64,000 nt of DNA from Anthoceros angustus. Its lineage: Eukaryota > Plantae > Anthocerotophyta. The stretch is from assembly GCA_010909165.1 (NCBI GenBank), contig MU008167.1, positions 558,001 through 622,000 on the forward strand, in the 5' to 3' direction. Each line of letters starts with the position of its first letter. Positions within the stretch are counted from its first letter, which is position 1. Under the pieces are notes generated by a model that was not told the origin of the DNA, ran no database searches, and saw only the letters and a list, made by a program, of their open reading frames with translations. The position numbers and the translations under genes were made by a program. Positions 44,441 through 56,995 of the stretch are shown in pieces.

Positions 44441-46167
44441 GAAAATCGTATAAACACGGATGCCTATATATGCCAAACATGCATGGATGCCATATGCGCG
44501 AATGGTGTGGTGGACAATCGCCGGTTGCGCGGTGTTTTAGGCATGTGAATGCCACATGTACACATATAGGTGGTGGGCAAACTCCGAGTTTGTGCCCGCG
44601 AAATCGGCATGCATGGCACATGAGCCACCGGCATGCCCTAGGACTTCGCCTCGCCTCCCCCTCTTCTCCTCTTGCCCCTCTTCCCCATCACCAGGTTACC
44701 TCACCGCCTTTGTCGCCATCGCCACCGGAGTTCCTGCTCACTTTGTCGTTATCGGTTGTGCATGCGTGCAGTGACTCGGTTGGCCTTCCTCGACCATGGT
44801 TTGGGACGTTGACTTTGAGGATTTGTTGCTCGCTTAAGCTCGAACAACGCCGCCAATCCGCGGATGTCGGTGCCCATAACGCCGCCAATCCGGCCGGATG
44901 TCCGTGCCCATAACGCGCCGGAAGGAGGAGGTTGGGGGCCCATCGACAGCGCGCCATCGTCCGAGAGGGAGAGGCCGGAAGCCGGAAAATGGTCCACAAA
45001 GGGACTTGGCGCAGGAGCGACGCCCCAACCGGATGGAAGCACGGCGCGGATGGTGGAAGCGGCAAGTGAGGTGGGCGCGGTCGTGGAGAAAGCCGATTCC
45101 AAGTGGAGAGGTGGATGCCCATGGCGTGGAGCGGAAGCGGCGAGAGAGGTGGAGGTGCCGAGGGAGAACCTTCATACAGAGTGGAGTCTGCCGGCCAAGA
45201 GGCGGGCGATGCTCGGCGGCCGGAAGTGGAGTGGGTGTCTCCAATGTGGGGAGCTAACGCCACACTGCTTCTGCAGGAGAGATTCCAAAGCCGCTGAGGA
45301 GGGATCGCCAGGCGACATCCGGAGGGAACGAGGACATTGGCCTTAGTCTGGAGCTTGAGGGCTGTGTCCAACTTGAGGAGCATGGTGGTGGTGCACAAGA
45401 GGGTGACCCTGTGGCTGCCGATAGAGATGGCATACGTTTTGTGGACCTTCTGATCGGTGGCGACGGACAACCCCCAACAACGTGGCAGGAGGGAGCCTTT
45501 GGAGGGGAGGAGACTCCTGCAGTGGGAGTGGAGACTGGTATGCTGGTGGACGCGGTTGCGGAGGAGGGCCAAGGAGCGCATGCCTATGATGGTGAGGAGG
45601 GCGGTGACGAGGAGGACACCAGCGGTAGCGAGGATGGGGAGAGCGGAGCGAGGAGGAAGATGTGGAGATGGCGGATCGAGGTCGAGGAAGACATGCCGAC
45701 TACATTGCCACATGAAATTGGAGAATTGAGAGCACTGGCCGGTAAGCCATTAGACGATGTCATAGCCGTGTTGTGGGCTACATGGCGTGGTGGCGTGTAC
45801 ATGGCCGTGAGCCATGCGATGGAGGGTGGATAGAGAATGAGGAGGAGGATGAAGAGTCGTCCGATGAGGAAGGACGAGTGAGGAAGGCCTTCCACCGCGG
45901 TGTTGGAGCTAGTGTGTGCAAAATGGAGTGATGGTGCCATGGTCGAGCCACGACGAAAGTTTGCGAAAGGCGGTGAGGAAGGTAGAGTATGAGTTTGCAA
46001 GTATAGAGCGCGAGGATATTGTGGCCGTTTGCGGTGCATCGCGGACAAGGAACCACAATGTGGGCAAGAAGGTGCGGCGCAATTCGTGGAGGGAGAAGGG
46101 AAGGATGCAAAATGGTTGCATCCGCCTAATGTGAGCACGAAGGCATGGAGAAAGGCCGTGCAGCAAG

Positions 46168-46810
46168 CCGTGGTGACGTTGCAAGCATGGGGTGTGTGGC
46201 CAACACCACGAAGTCGCCGCAACGCGCAAGAATTGCGCACGAGCATGGGACGAATCCCTTTGGTCCAAGAGGAGCAAAGGAGTTCGAGAAACGGTATGTC
46301 CAACGGGAGGAGCGCAACCTGGATGAGTTGAAGTGGGCAGCAAGGCATGGATTGGACTGATCGAGTAATCGAGTGGTAAAATAGTCGTTGTGATTAATGG
46401 AATGCTTGGTTGTGATATGTAGGTTTCGCTATGTAGGACGGGAGCGTGGGGTGATGCGTGTGCATGACTGCAGGGAAGAAGGGAAGGAAAAGCGGTGGAA
46501 GGTGAAGGCCGTCGTGAAGGAAGGCATGGAGAAAGGCATGCGGCAAGCCGTGGTGACGTTGCACAAGCATGGGGTGTGTGGCCAACACCACAGCCGCCGC
46601 GCGTCGGCAAGAATTAGCACGAGCATGGGACGAATCCCTTTGGTCCAAGAGGAGCAAAGGAGTTCGAGAAACGTATGTCCAACGGGGAGCGCAACCTGGA
46701 TGAGTTGAAGTGGGCAGCAAGGCATGGATTGGACTGATCGAGTAATCGAGTGGTAAAATAGTCGTTGTGATTAATGGAATGCTTGGTTGTGATATGTAGG
46801 TTTCGCTATA
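46168..46810. repeat. Tandem duplication (~380-bp period) inside the CACTA element
   Basis: gccgtggtgacgttgca...taggtttcgctat occurs at ~46168-46430 and ~46546-46810. Confidence 0.88.
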
Positions 46811-49800
46811 GGGGCGTGTGAGCTGTGTGATGCGTGTGCATGACTGCAGGGAAGAAGGGAAGGAAAACGGTGGAAGGTGAAGGCCGTCGTGAAGGAAGGC
46901 AGAACCCGGTGGAGAGAAGGAAGATGGAGGGAAGGTGCCAAGCAGGAGCGCCACCGGTGATGCCGGAGGCAACGTGGATGGTGGGGATCCGGAGGTGTGA
47001 TGGCGCACCGACAAGGCGTATCACGATCCGTGTCAAAAGCGTGAGTAGGGTGGCAACCCGCATCGAGAGATTGAATGCTATTCGCTTGCCGTCTGTAATT
47101 GTGGAAGTGGTGATTTGGCAGCCTATGGGGCCGGAGTGAAGGGCTAGCCATTGAGGCTAGTGGGTCGAATGCCGCACGTAAGGTGGACCACACCAGACGA
47201 AACGAGGAGGTGCCGAGAAGAGGGTCAAGCAAAAGACAACGGTGTTGAAGCCGCAAGAGGAGTCCGAGTCGGACGGTGGCGAAGGGGTGTAGGCGCAAGT
47301 GACATAGGAATGGTTGGTACCATCTATGGGTAGGGGCCGTTTGTGGAGGGGAATGTAAATGGTCGAGATGTTTTCTGCGGACGATGGAGTCGCGCATGGG
47401 TGGACCGGTGATGGTCAATTAGCAACAAACAAGAGGGAATTGGTCGCCCACCTTTGTAGCCTGGCATTGACATGTCCTCTGTAATTGTGAAAGTGGTTAT
47501 AGAGGTCATTTGGATAGGTGTAGGAAGATGTGGAGGAACCACGAAACCATTGGTGTTGGTCCAAGAGTCACCAAGTGACGCCGTGGCCGCCCGCCTGAGG
47601 CACATGTTGGTGGTGCACGCGACGCATATGCCCATATCACGTGGAGTTCGTATTGCATCGGTGGAAACAAAGGTGCAAGGGATAGAGGACGATTGAAGTG
47701 TCCAAAAATTTGATTTAAATTGTCAATAAAATCAAACACTTAGATATGTAAGGTATGAGAGTGACGTAAGGGTTAGCACATATATATTATTATATAAACA
47801 AGTCTTGATGCCTATATACGACGTACATACGTATACAAAGAGGCAAATATACACTAATATAATAGAAGTATAATGATGGATGTGTACATATAAAGCGTAC
47901 ATACTTATGTCTTGAAGCCTACAAACATATATATGTATATTGAGTATATGCAAAGGAGGTAAAAGGAAGGAAGGACAGCCCAAGAGAGAGGTCATTGTAA
48001 CAAGCAAGTTGAAAGAGGAATAGTGGAAGAGTATAAAATGGTCGTGATAGGGGAGGTCCTTCTCACGGTCATGAAGGAGGAGGAGAAGTGAAAGAGTATA
48101 AAAGGGTGTGATAAGGGGCAATAAATAGGAGGGTGAGGTGAGAGGAGAGAGACCAAGTATTGTGTTAAGATGGGGTGAGAAGTGGATAAGAAAAGGACAC
48201 CTTGAACACCAAGCCACCATAAAGTGTTGCAATATTGAAGTGGTACATGAAGTGAGAGACCAAGCATTGTGTTAGGATGGTGGGAGAAGGAAGAGAAAGA
48301 ATGGACCAACTTAACACCAAGCCATCAAACCATGCCGGAAGTTGGAAGTGGAAATTATTAACAATGCTTGTGAGAGAGGGTGTACCCGAGGAGGGAGGGA
48401 AGAGATAGTGTCGTTCGTGTTAAGATGGTCGCACCAAACGGGAGAACTAACAAACTTAATACCAACCCTCCAAAACATGTTGCAATGTGGAAGTGTAACA
48501 AAAAATTGCAACATCCACTGTAACATAGGGTGCCCTTTTCTAGTAGGGCCACTACAGCAGATTTCGTGCTTGGGCTTCGGCAAGGCTTTAGTAAGAACAT
48601 CAGCCCACTGATCACTCGTAGGAGTGTAAGCTAAAGACAATTCACCACTTTCCACCTTTTCACGAAGGAAGTGAAAGTGCATCTCGATGTGTTTCGACCG
48701 ATCGTGAAATCTTGAGTTTTGAGAAAGCGCAATTGTGGATTGATTGTCACACATCAATCCACCGGGACCATCATGAGGAAAACCAATCTCACGAAGAAGA
48801 CGACAGAGCCACCTTAGCAAATGGAGCTAGCTATATACTTTATCTTGGCCGAACTCGAGCAACGTGGTCTGCTGGATCGCTAACTATCAGCCCACTAACT
48901 TGAAAGCAAAACCCGTATAGGACTTTCGAGAATCAAGATCCCCGGCCCAATCTGCATCAGCCCAGCCACAAAGGTTAGAAGCTGAATGCTTTCCATGGTA
49001 ACAGATGCCTCGGCGTCGAGTAGCTTGGAGATATCTTAATATTCTTTTCACAGAGGACCAATGAGTAGGACCAGGGTCAGACATAAACTGAGAAGTGCGA
49101 GAAGCCGAGAAAGCAATATCAGGGCGAGAATTCTGCACTAGGTGCTGAATAGAGCATGTAGCTTGACAATAAGGTTGAGCTCTCATTTCAGCCCTAGCAG
49201 CATCGTCTTAAGGTGACATAGCCTTGGTCAGCTTTGCACCAGCTTGTAAAGGAGTATCAATTGGCTTGCGATTCTCCATGTGCAACGTGGTGAGAACATC
49301 ATCGACATACTTGGCTTGATGAATGGTGATGGTCTGATTTTCTGCATCATGTTTAACTTGAACACCAAGACAATATTCTAGGATGCCATTGTCAGTCATG
49401 TGGAACTCGGAGCTCAGCTCTGACTTGGCATGCTTGAGAACCTCTAGATCGTCAGAAAAGATGGCTAGATCGTCGACATAAAGAGCTATGATAACAAGAC
49501 CTAAAGGTGAGCGTCTAACATAGACGTTCGTATCAGCCGAAGTCTTATGATAGCCAACCTTAATCATGTATTCATCAAAACGATCATACCACGCTCGGGG
49601 CGATTATTTCAGCCCATAGCTTGTGCGTTGCAATTTACAAACCTTCTTTTCCTGTCCAGGAGTGATATAACCTTCAGGCTGAGACATGAAGGCTTCTTCC
49701 TTAAGGACTCCATTAAGAAATGCTGTTTGGACATCCATCTGATGGACATGCCAATGATAGATAGCTGCCAAAGCCAGCAGCACACGCAAGGAGGTAAGCT

Positions 49801-52052
49801 TGACAACAGGGCTGAAGACACCCTCTTCAAAGTAATCAATACCCTTCCGTTGAGTAAAGCCACGGGCCACAAGCCGAGCCTTGTAACGAGCAAGAGTACC
49901 ATCTGCTCGGTATTTTTTTCTTGTACACCCATTTACAGGTGATGAGATTCTTACCTGGAGGAAGATTTGTGACTATCCATGTTTTATTGGAGATGAGTGA
50001 AGCATATTCTTGATCAGTGGCTATCTTCCATTGAGCAGCTTCGGGCCCGGATAGAGCCTCTGAAATAGACGCTGGTTCACCCCCTTGAGGACGACGGGCC
50101 CGAGCACCATATCCATGAGAAAAGTCCAAGTCCGAAAACCTAGTGGCTAGCACCCCTTGGGTGGAACGAGAAGAACGACGTAAAACAGGACCAGGAGGAG
50201 GGCCCAGTATGCCGAGAGAGAGGTTAAGAGGAGGTGAAGCAGCTAAATCAAAAGATCCAAGGGAGTCACCAGGTAAAGGAGGGCCCTCAAGTGCTGCACG
50301 ATGAGGAGAAGAAGGAGGAGAATCGGGGAAGAGACCGGCAGACCAACCCCAATCATCCTCAGAGCCAACTGTCTAAGTGGGAGAAGAAGGGTCTGGAGCA
50401 AGGACCAAGTTGGTAGGTGGAGTGGGAAGAGAAACTGGTGGAGGAACAACAACAGGGTTAGAAGCTACAAGAATAGAGGTAGACGAAGGGGAGGGCACCG
50501 GCATAAGAGAGTCCTCATCATAAGAGATGACATTAGAATCTGAAGAGAAATTGTCAGATAGAGGGGCACCTCTAGGATCGGAAGTAAGAAGCAAAGGTTC
50601 TCATCAAATATCACGTCACGGCTCACAGTACCGCGCCTGGTAGCCCTATCAAGCAATCTGTAGCCTTTGATACCCTCATCTTCACCATATCCAATGAAAG
50701 TCAGCTTCTTTGGGTCAAATTTCTTACGTAGCTTGGAAGGAATATGTTGATAGGCATCACAGCCAAAGATGCATAAGTGCGTGAGGGAAGGCTTCCTCCC
50801 AGTCCAGCACTCATACAGTGTTTGAGTTGGGAGCGAGGCAGCACTGCGGTGGCATTTGCCCAGAGAAAGTTAGGCAGTTTGGCAGCAAGCAGGTTAGTGC
50901 GGCAACCCGTTAGTGCGGCAACCTGTGACTACTCCTTTTATGTGATTCTCAGCTTTACTGTTCTGCTACTGGGAATAAGGAGTGGCCATTTGATGTTGAA
51001 TACCCACAGCAAGGAGAAAGGGCTTGAAGGCGATAAACTCTTCACCACCGTCAGTTTGCAAAACTTTGATGGTGTGGCCTGTGAGATTTTCAACAAGGGC
51101 CTTGTACGTGCGAAAGGCAGTTAGGGCTTTGTGCTTGTGCCGAAGAAAATAGAGGTGAGTGTAATGGCTGTAATCGTCCAAAAGCAGAAAGAGATACGAA
51201 TGGCCACCCAAGGAGACAATTTGCATCGGACCACTCAGATTGGCATGTATGAGTTCGAGAACCTTGGAGGTGCGACTCAAAGAGTGGGGATAAGGGTGAA
51301 CCTTATGCTTTCCAAGAACGCAGCCACTACAGAGAGGTACGTCTCTAATGGACTTAGGAAGGCTAAGAACCATGTCCTCCTTAGACATTCTTTTGATGTC
51401 GTTGAGGTAATGATGGGCTAACCGTAAATGCCAAAGCTTCGATTCTAATTCCACAGGCAAGTAGGTAGCACTAAAACTGAGAACAAGAGCCGATGGGCTA
51501 GGAAGTATGCCACGAGCTACAGGATACAATCTGCTTGAGGGAGGACACGTAAAGGTCAGAACGTCACCCCCTCGTGAAAAGGTATGTATGGTACAACCTT
51601 GTTGAGTGAAAGAAATCCTACTTTGATCATGTGAGAGGCACCTGAATACAGAAAGCAGATTGATTACCAAGCAAGGGACATGAAGAACGTCCCTGCTCAC
51701 AACCACTTGATTTGTAGGTAGTTGAACTTGGACCACGCCCATGCCAGTGGCTTGCAGAGTGGTAGCACTGCCAACTTGAACAGGGAAAGGTGCTGGTAAG
51801 TCTTCAAGAGTGAGAAACCACTCACGGCGTGAGGTCATGTGCTCAGTGGCTCCAGAATCCATAAGCCATTCATCATTGGCTTGGGACAAAGGCAAAGTAC
51901 GAGCCATGAAGAGAAAAGCGGACTTAGTAGCATGAGCAGACGACTTAGTTGTGGAACTCGAAGAAGGTAGGTCAACACCATAGCTGCGGCGCACAAGCCC
52001 GGGCAAGTCCTGTGTAGAGAACCACTCAAGGGCATCACAAACACACACATAG

Positions 52053-52326
52053 TGTCACGACAATGCTTTTTAGTTGTACAGAGGAGTGGTAGTTTGATGC
52101 GTGGTTTATAACGGGTTAGGTTAATTCAAGACTCCAGTTTAGTAACCATGTGCTAGTTACGGGATTACAGTCCCTTATCCACAATCTGTAATCACTGCCG
52201 TTGATACGGATCATGGTGTGTACTTAACTCGGTCTGAAGATCTAATCAGGCAGAGTGTCCATATGCACGGTCTCAAGTCTTCTATGCGGATGCCTTTTCC
52301 ATGCCTATCACTATTGGTATCAGAGC
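52053..52326 (+). mobile_element. 5' LTR (52053-52310) and tRNA-Met PBS of another LTR element, abutting the copia zinc knuckle
   Basis: tgtcacga...cctatca, followed by tggtatcagagc at 52315. No partner LTR or pol seen in the window. Confidence 0.7.
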
Positions 52327-54369
52327 CAGCCTGATCATCGCAGGTGATCATGGAGAGGGGCATGAATCTGTTGTATCTGGGCTTGCCGACACTTCCTGTT
52401 GATCAGGTCAGACCAGTGGAGCGATTTAAGGTTTTCTCCGCTCGGTTTCCACTGATAGATCAGGACTTGCAGTGGGCACTGGCTTTCAGCGTCTGGATCA
52501 CAGAACATCTAGCATCTGGACACTACGTCGGATGATGTGGGGAGGGCTTTGCGTAGAACGCTTGTACGAGTAACTTGAAGGGCCTGTCATTGTTGTGTGG
52601 AGCAAGAATCAGCAGGTAGTTGAGGTCGAGGCATGCCTTGGGTTGGCAGCACAAGGTTTTGATCGGTACTTTGGTGCCATTGTTACAAGATTTGGCGGAG
52701 AGTCGGTCACCGCGATTTTGAGGCGCGACCAGATTCCGCTACTATGAGCCATCACTAACACCGCAACTACGCAACACGGGTGCGAAGGTGTTTTGATTTT
52801 TCCGGGATAGCCTCGCGGACGGACATAGCGCACGACGTCTTGAGGCAGGGGCAGTGCACACGGCTTAGAGCTGTAGGCAATTTTACTTTTTGCAAGCTCT
52901 CCTGGGGGATATCACGATGGATGCGGCTCAGCTCGCTCAAATGCTGACCAAGGCGCATCAACAAATGCCCCTGAAGGAGGCTCATTGTGCAGAGATAGAG
53001 CAGCGTGCAGACGCACATGCATGCGGACTTTGGACAATTGCAATCAACCCAATTTCTCAAGCAGGATAAGCCTATGAGTCCCCTTCTCCCCCTTGTGGAT
53101 AAACCCTACGTAGCAAAAGGTAATTCGTCTCAAGACCGCAATCTAAGCGAAGAAAAAAAAAACCAAGATGAAATGTCTCTATCGAGGGTATGACTCCGAG
53201 CTCAAAGTTAGATTATAGATGAGCGACTGCCAAAGCACAACACAGAAAGCTTGCCTTGGTATGTCTCACGACGGTCTAACCCAACTGATGTTCCCTATTG
53301 GTGGGTGATTGGTGCTGCTTCACGCTTCCTGCTACGAAACTACTGTGAATCATTAAATTTACCAAGTGCTATAGGAATGTTTCCACCTAGAGGGGCCTTG
53401 TTTATAATGACCATGATGGCCTTAAGCTACATAGGCATAAAGTTTTGAGTCTAAATGCCGTGGCTTTTGTCAAGGTAAGCAACATAGAGGAGCGCGCTTG
53501 GGTTATGTCTCGCTTCCCCTAAGGTCTCATGGAATTTCCTCCCTACCCTACCCACATCCCGTAGAAGTTTATTCTTCATAAGTATGAGGGTACTAGATAA
53601 ATGGGAAGGAGGTGAACATGCCCTAATTTTACGAGATTGAAAATGGACTCCTTCAAGGAAAGGAAAAAAAAATGGAAGGACCATCAATTCCATTTCTGGA
53701 AAATAATAATGAGCAAGCCGATCATTATGGGGTTGAAGAATTTATGACCTACATCTTTGCCATGGGTTCTAAACTATTACACATATACGCAGAGTGAGAT
53801 AAAAAGAAATTTAAATGTTTAACTACTTTAAATTTCTTAATTAATCTTATCCTTATAAAGGCACATAGGGCACAATGACTAAGTAGGTATATCACAATTC
53901 AGTTGAAGATCATGTGATTATTTTAATATATTTTGTCTTTACCATGTTCAATCATTGTACTTTTTATTATCTTATTTATTGCACATGATCCGATCGGGAG
54001 GAAGAAAAAGGAAGAGAAAAGATAAAGGCCGACCAAGGATCAGAAACGAGAGAAGTATAAATTTCTTTTACACCATGGCCAGTCGTCGAAGGGAATCACA
54101 AGGAACGGGGGTGTGTACATACGTATGTAGTGCACAAAGACCTAACAATAAAAGACTGCGCACGACGGTGCTTTCCTTCGAGTTGACAAATGCACAATTG
54201 GCCAAACCTAGGATTCGATGATCTCATTGGCTGATGGAATTTTCCGGGTTCGATGAGCAAACACGAAATCGCCCATTTCAGTACTGGATTGACTGGGAGT
54301 CCTCCATCCAACCAGCAACTCGGACCTGTGATCGAAAACTCCCTTTCCCAGAGGCAAAAAGTGTTCGGA

Positions 54370-55842
54370 TCAAAGGACGGCGGGCACATGTATGGCAAAC
54401 CGGAAAGCATGCTCCTTCCAGTCCCCAGCTTCCAAGTACCTTTCATAGAAGGTGACGTTGCCATTCTTCCGAACTGCCAGAACTGCCATGTTCCTTGTGC
54501 CAAATCTGCCCTGAGCAAGACACGCCGCAGGGCAGAGCAACAGCAGCATGGGCAACATTGATGGGAGCCGTTGTGACCTAACCCTAACATCATTCAGGCA
54601 ATTCAGGCATGGCAACAACATCTGACAGGGAGCTGCTTGAGACCTATACATGAGATCATTCAGCCATAGCAGCAACATCTGATAAGAAAATGCTGTGACC
54701 TTAACATGAGATCGCTCATTCCGGCATGGCAACAACATCTTATTTGGAGCTGCTGTGACCTAAGCATGCTATCATTCAGGCATAGCACCACGAATTGATA
54801 GGGAGAAGCTGTGCAATACACACGGGGTCATGAAGCCATGGCAGCAACATTTGTTCAGGAGCTGCTGTGACCTAAACACGACATCATCCAGCCATGGCAA
54901 CAACGCTTGACAGGGAGCTGTTGCAACGCACACATTCGATCACTCAACCATGGCAACAACACAGGTAGGGAGCTGTGGTGACCTGCGGTGTGAGACAATC
55001 CACAAAGATGGAGCTCATCTCGAACTCCACGTCTGCTCCATATCCGGTGACGGGAAGCCGGCTGCGGTCGGCCTTCTGCGTGTCCATCAGCACGTCCTGC
55101 ATCAACTTGGGAGCGGGCACCTCCTCACCCCGTGCATCCTCAAGCAGAGCTCGAAGCGTTTGCAGCCCTAGCTCCACCTGCACTGAAGAAGGCCGGATCC
55201 GTGAGCTCCATGGCCATGGCAGATGCAGGGAGGAGGATTTTGCGCTAACCTTGGGCCAGGGGGAGTCGAGGAAGCCGTTGCTCATGGCGTGCATTCCCGC
55301 AGCCACCTGCTGGACGTGCACTGCGAAGCCGGCAGGCTCAGCCCTGGAGCGGTTGGTGCAATACACCATCTGCCCGGTGCGGAGGTCGGCGACCAGGAGG
55401 TTGAAGCCGTTGTACCGATGGGCGTCCGCGGCCACCTCTTCCGCGTATTCTTGCGGGCTCTTGGAGCTGCGGAGGAAGCGATCGGGGAGCTCCCCCCGGC
55501 TCTGGGCCTGGGGCTGGGCGCCGGGAGCCCGGAAGTTGGTGAGCAGGGCGAGGCGTCCCGTTGTGGAGCAGGCCAGCCATGTCCCTCCCGCCCGGAGATC
55601 CTTTCCCCCCAGTATCCGGCCGCCCGGGCTCTCGCCGTCCACCTCGTCCCACCAGTGTGCCGGCAGCGTCGGTCTGCGACAATTCCATGATTCGCGAATT
55701 CCAGAATTCGGCAGTTCCAAGTCCAATTCGAAGGCGTGGACATGAGATGGTGGATTCACCTGGACAGTAACTCGTCACGGTTGGAGATGAGCAGCAGCGA
55801 GTACAAGGGATGGCAGTCCTGCGCCCAGAAGGAGATACACAT
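54370..55842 (-). CDS. TANGO2: TANGO2/NRDE-family protein (DUF833), 4 exons
   Basis: Exon 1 (55842-55760) MCISFWAQDCHPLYSLLLISNRDE; exon 2 from 55673 with GGKDLRAGGTWL, SRGELP, YNGFNL, SNGFLDSPWPK; then SSIFV (exon ends 54983); last exon from 54510 FGTRNMAVL...*. Confidence 0.93.
54511..54982 (-). repeat. TANGO2 last intron built largely from ~6-7 degenerate ~60-65-bp repeats
   Basis: Minus-strand unit taggtcacagcagctcc...tgttgttgccatggctgaatgat recurs through the intron. Confidence 0.8.
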
Positions 55843-55959
55843 GTCGGAAGACGTTTTCCTGCTCAAATGCATCTCATCAGAATCTCCTTTAATTTACAAG
55901 ACCTACCTACTGAGCTTCTTGTTCGTTAAAACACATATCGGCCGCAACAACGAGGTAGG

Positions 55960-56200
55960 TGTCCCTCCTTCCCTTGTAGTGGCTTTCTTTCGGCAACGAG
56001 TTTGCAATGGCTTTTTTTCGGCAACGAGTTTGCAATGGCTTTCTTTCGGCAACGGGTTTGCAATGGCTTTCTTTCGGCAACGGGTTTGCAATGGCTTTTT
56101 TTCGGCAACGAGTTTGCAATGGCTTTCTTTAGGCAATGATTATGCATTGCAAAGAGAATGGCGTTTGCAAACATAGTTTTCAGGACCGCTTGGAACTTGG
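55960..56200 (+). mobile_element. 3' tail fragment of a CRE-like non-LTR element with an internal ~30-bp unit amplified ~5x
   Basis: NNEVGVPPSLVVAFFRQRV resembles NNGVNLPLSCVVAFFQQRVSIALQR at ~58905-58980; ttcggcaacg(a/g)gtttgcaatggcttt is tandemly repeated. Confidence 0.65.
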
Positions 56201-56599
56201 AGACGCATTATCTTCAACCTTTGGAGCTAAGTAGGCTCTTCCGTATTCCAGACTTCGGTGGTAAGTAGGCTCTTCTTTATTCTAGATTATTATTTGAGAG
56301 TAGCAAGTAGCTTCATGTAGACAATAGATAATTGGGGGCTCGTTCGTGTTAGCCTAACCCCCTTAGAGATTATTGCCATCGCCTTGGTGTGGATGGGACT
56401 TCCCACCTTTGCATATTTATAAAGCCTCCACGTTCGTCGATATATATCGATCTCCTCTTAGTACATAATTAAGACTAGCGTAAGAAATTGACCAGTTAGA
56501 ACTTTAAACCTCCTCCTTCAGTGTTTAGTATTTACACATGTTGGCTTCCTTTTGATTAGGACCAGCGTGGTAATGGACCCCAATATTTAGAATTCAGAA

Positions 56600-56995
56600 C
56601 CCGATACTTAAGAGTCCTACATACATAGTGTAGCGTTCTTTGTTCTTTCTCCCATACTTAGGAGTCCTACGTACATAGTGTAGTGTTCTTTCTCCCGATA
56701 CTTAGGAGTCCTACGTACATAGTGTAGTGTTCTTTCTCCCGATACTTAGCATTCCTACGTACATAGTGTAGTGTTCTCTCTCCCTATGCTAAGGAGTCCT
56801 ACGTACATAGTGTAGCGTTCTTTCTTCATTACACTTAGAGAACATGTTGGCTTCTCATCTTGAGTGATAACATCACTTTTCTTGTTAGGACCTCATAGCA
56901 TAGTTCTTTCTTCATTACACTTAGAGAACATGTTGGCTTCTCATCTTGAGTGATAACATCACTTTTTCTTGTTAGGACCTCATAGCATAGTTCTA
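56600..56995. repeat. 44-bp tandem array (~5 copies) followed by an ~87-bp tandem duplication
   Basis: ccgatacttaggagtcctacgtacatagtgtagtgttctttctc repeats over 56600-56825; tttcttcattacacttagagaac...gcatagttct occurs twice over 56820-56995. Confidence 0.9.

Larger units (their letters stand above)
33823..48548 (-). mobile_element. CACTA/EnSpm transposon, ~14.7 kb, with CCCTA-type termini
   Basis: About 30-bp TIR (c)cctactagaaaagggcaccctatgttaca at 33823 and 48519-48548. 3-bp TSD CCA (33820-33822 and 48549-48551), assuming one C lost on the left. Subterminal gttgcaa/tgttaca repeats. Confidence 0.9.
33655..52052 (-). mobile_element. Ty1/copia 3' portion (knuckle remnant, PR, INT, RT, RH, PPT, partial 3' LTR) interrupted by the CACTA element
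   Basis: WLMDSGATEHMT, KLWHLRLAH, LLLDDYSHY, VLQTDGGEEF, HQMDVQTAFLNG, LYVDD, DNQSTIAL, RSKHIE. The RH frame KHEICCSG|LGMT rejoins across 48549/33822. The LTR start at 33761 matches 28319. Confidence 0.92.

Noticed and set aside
34967-47418. Numerous long overlapping ORFs on both strands (for example 39647-40717 +, 44688-45713 -)
   Set aside because: Shadow ORFs of GC-rich, frameshifted CACTA sequence, with no independent motifs.
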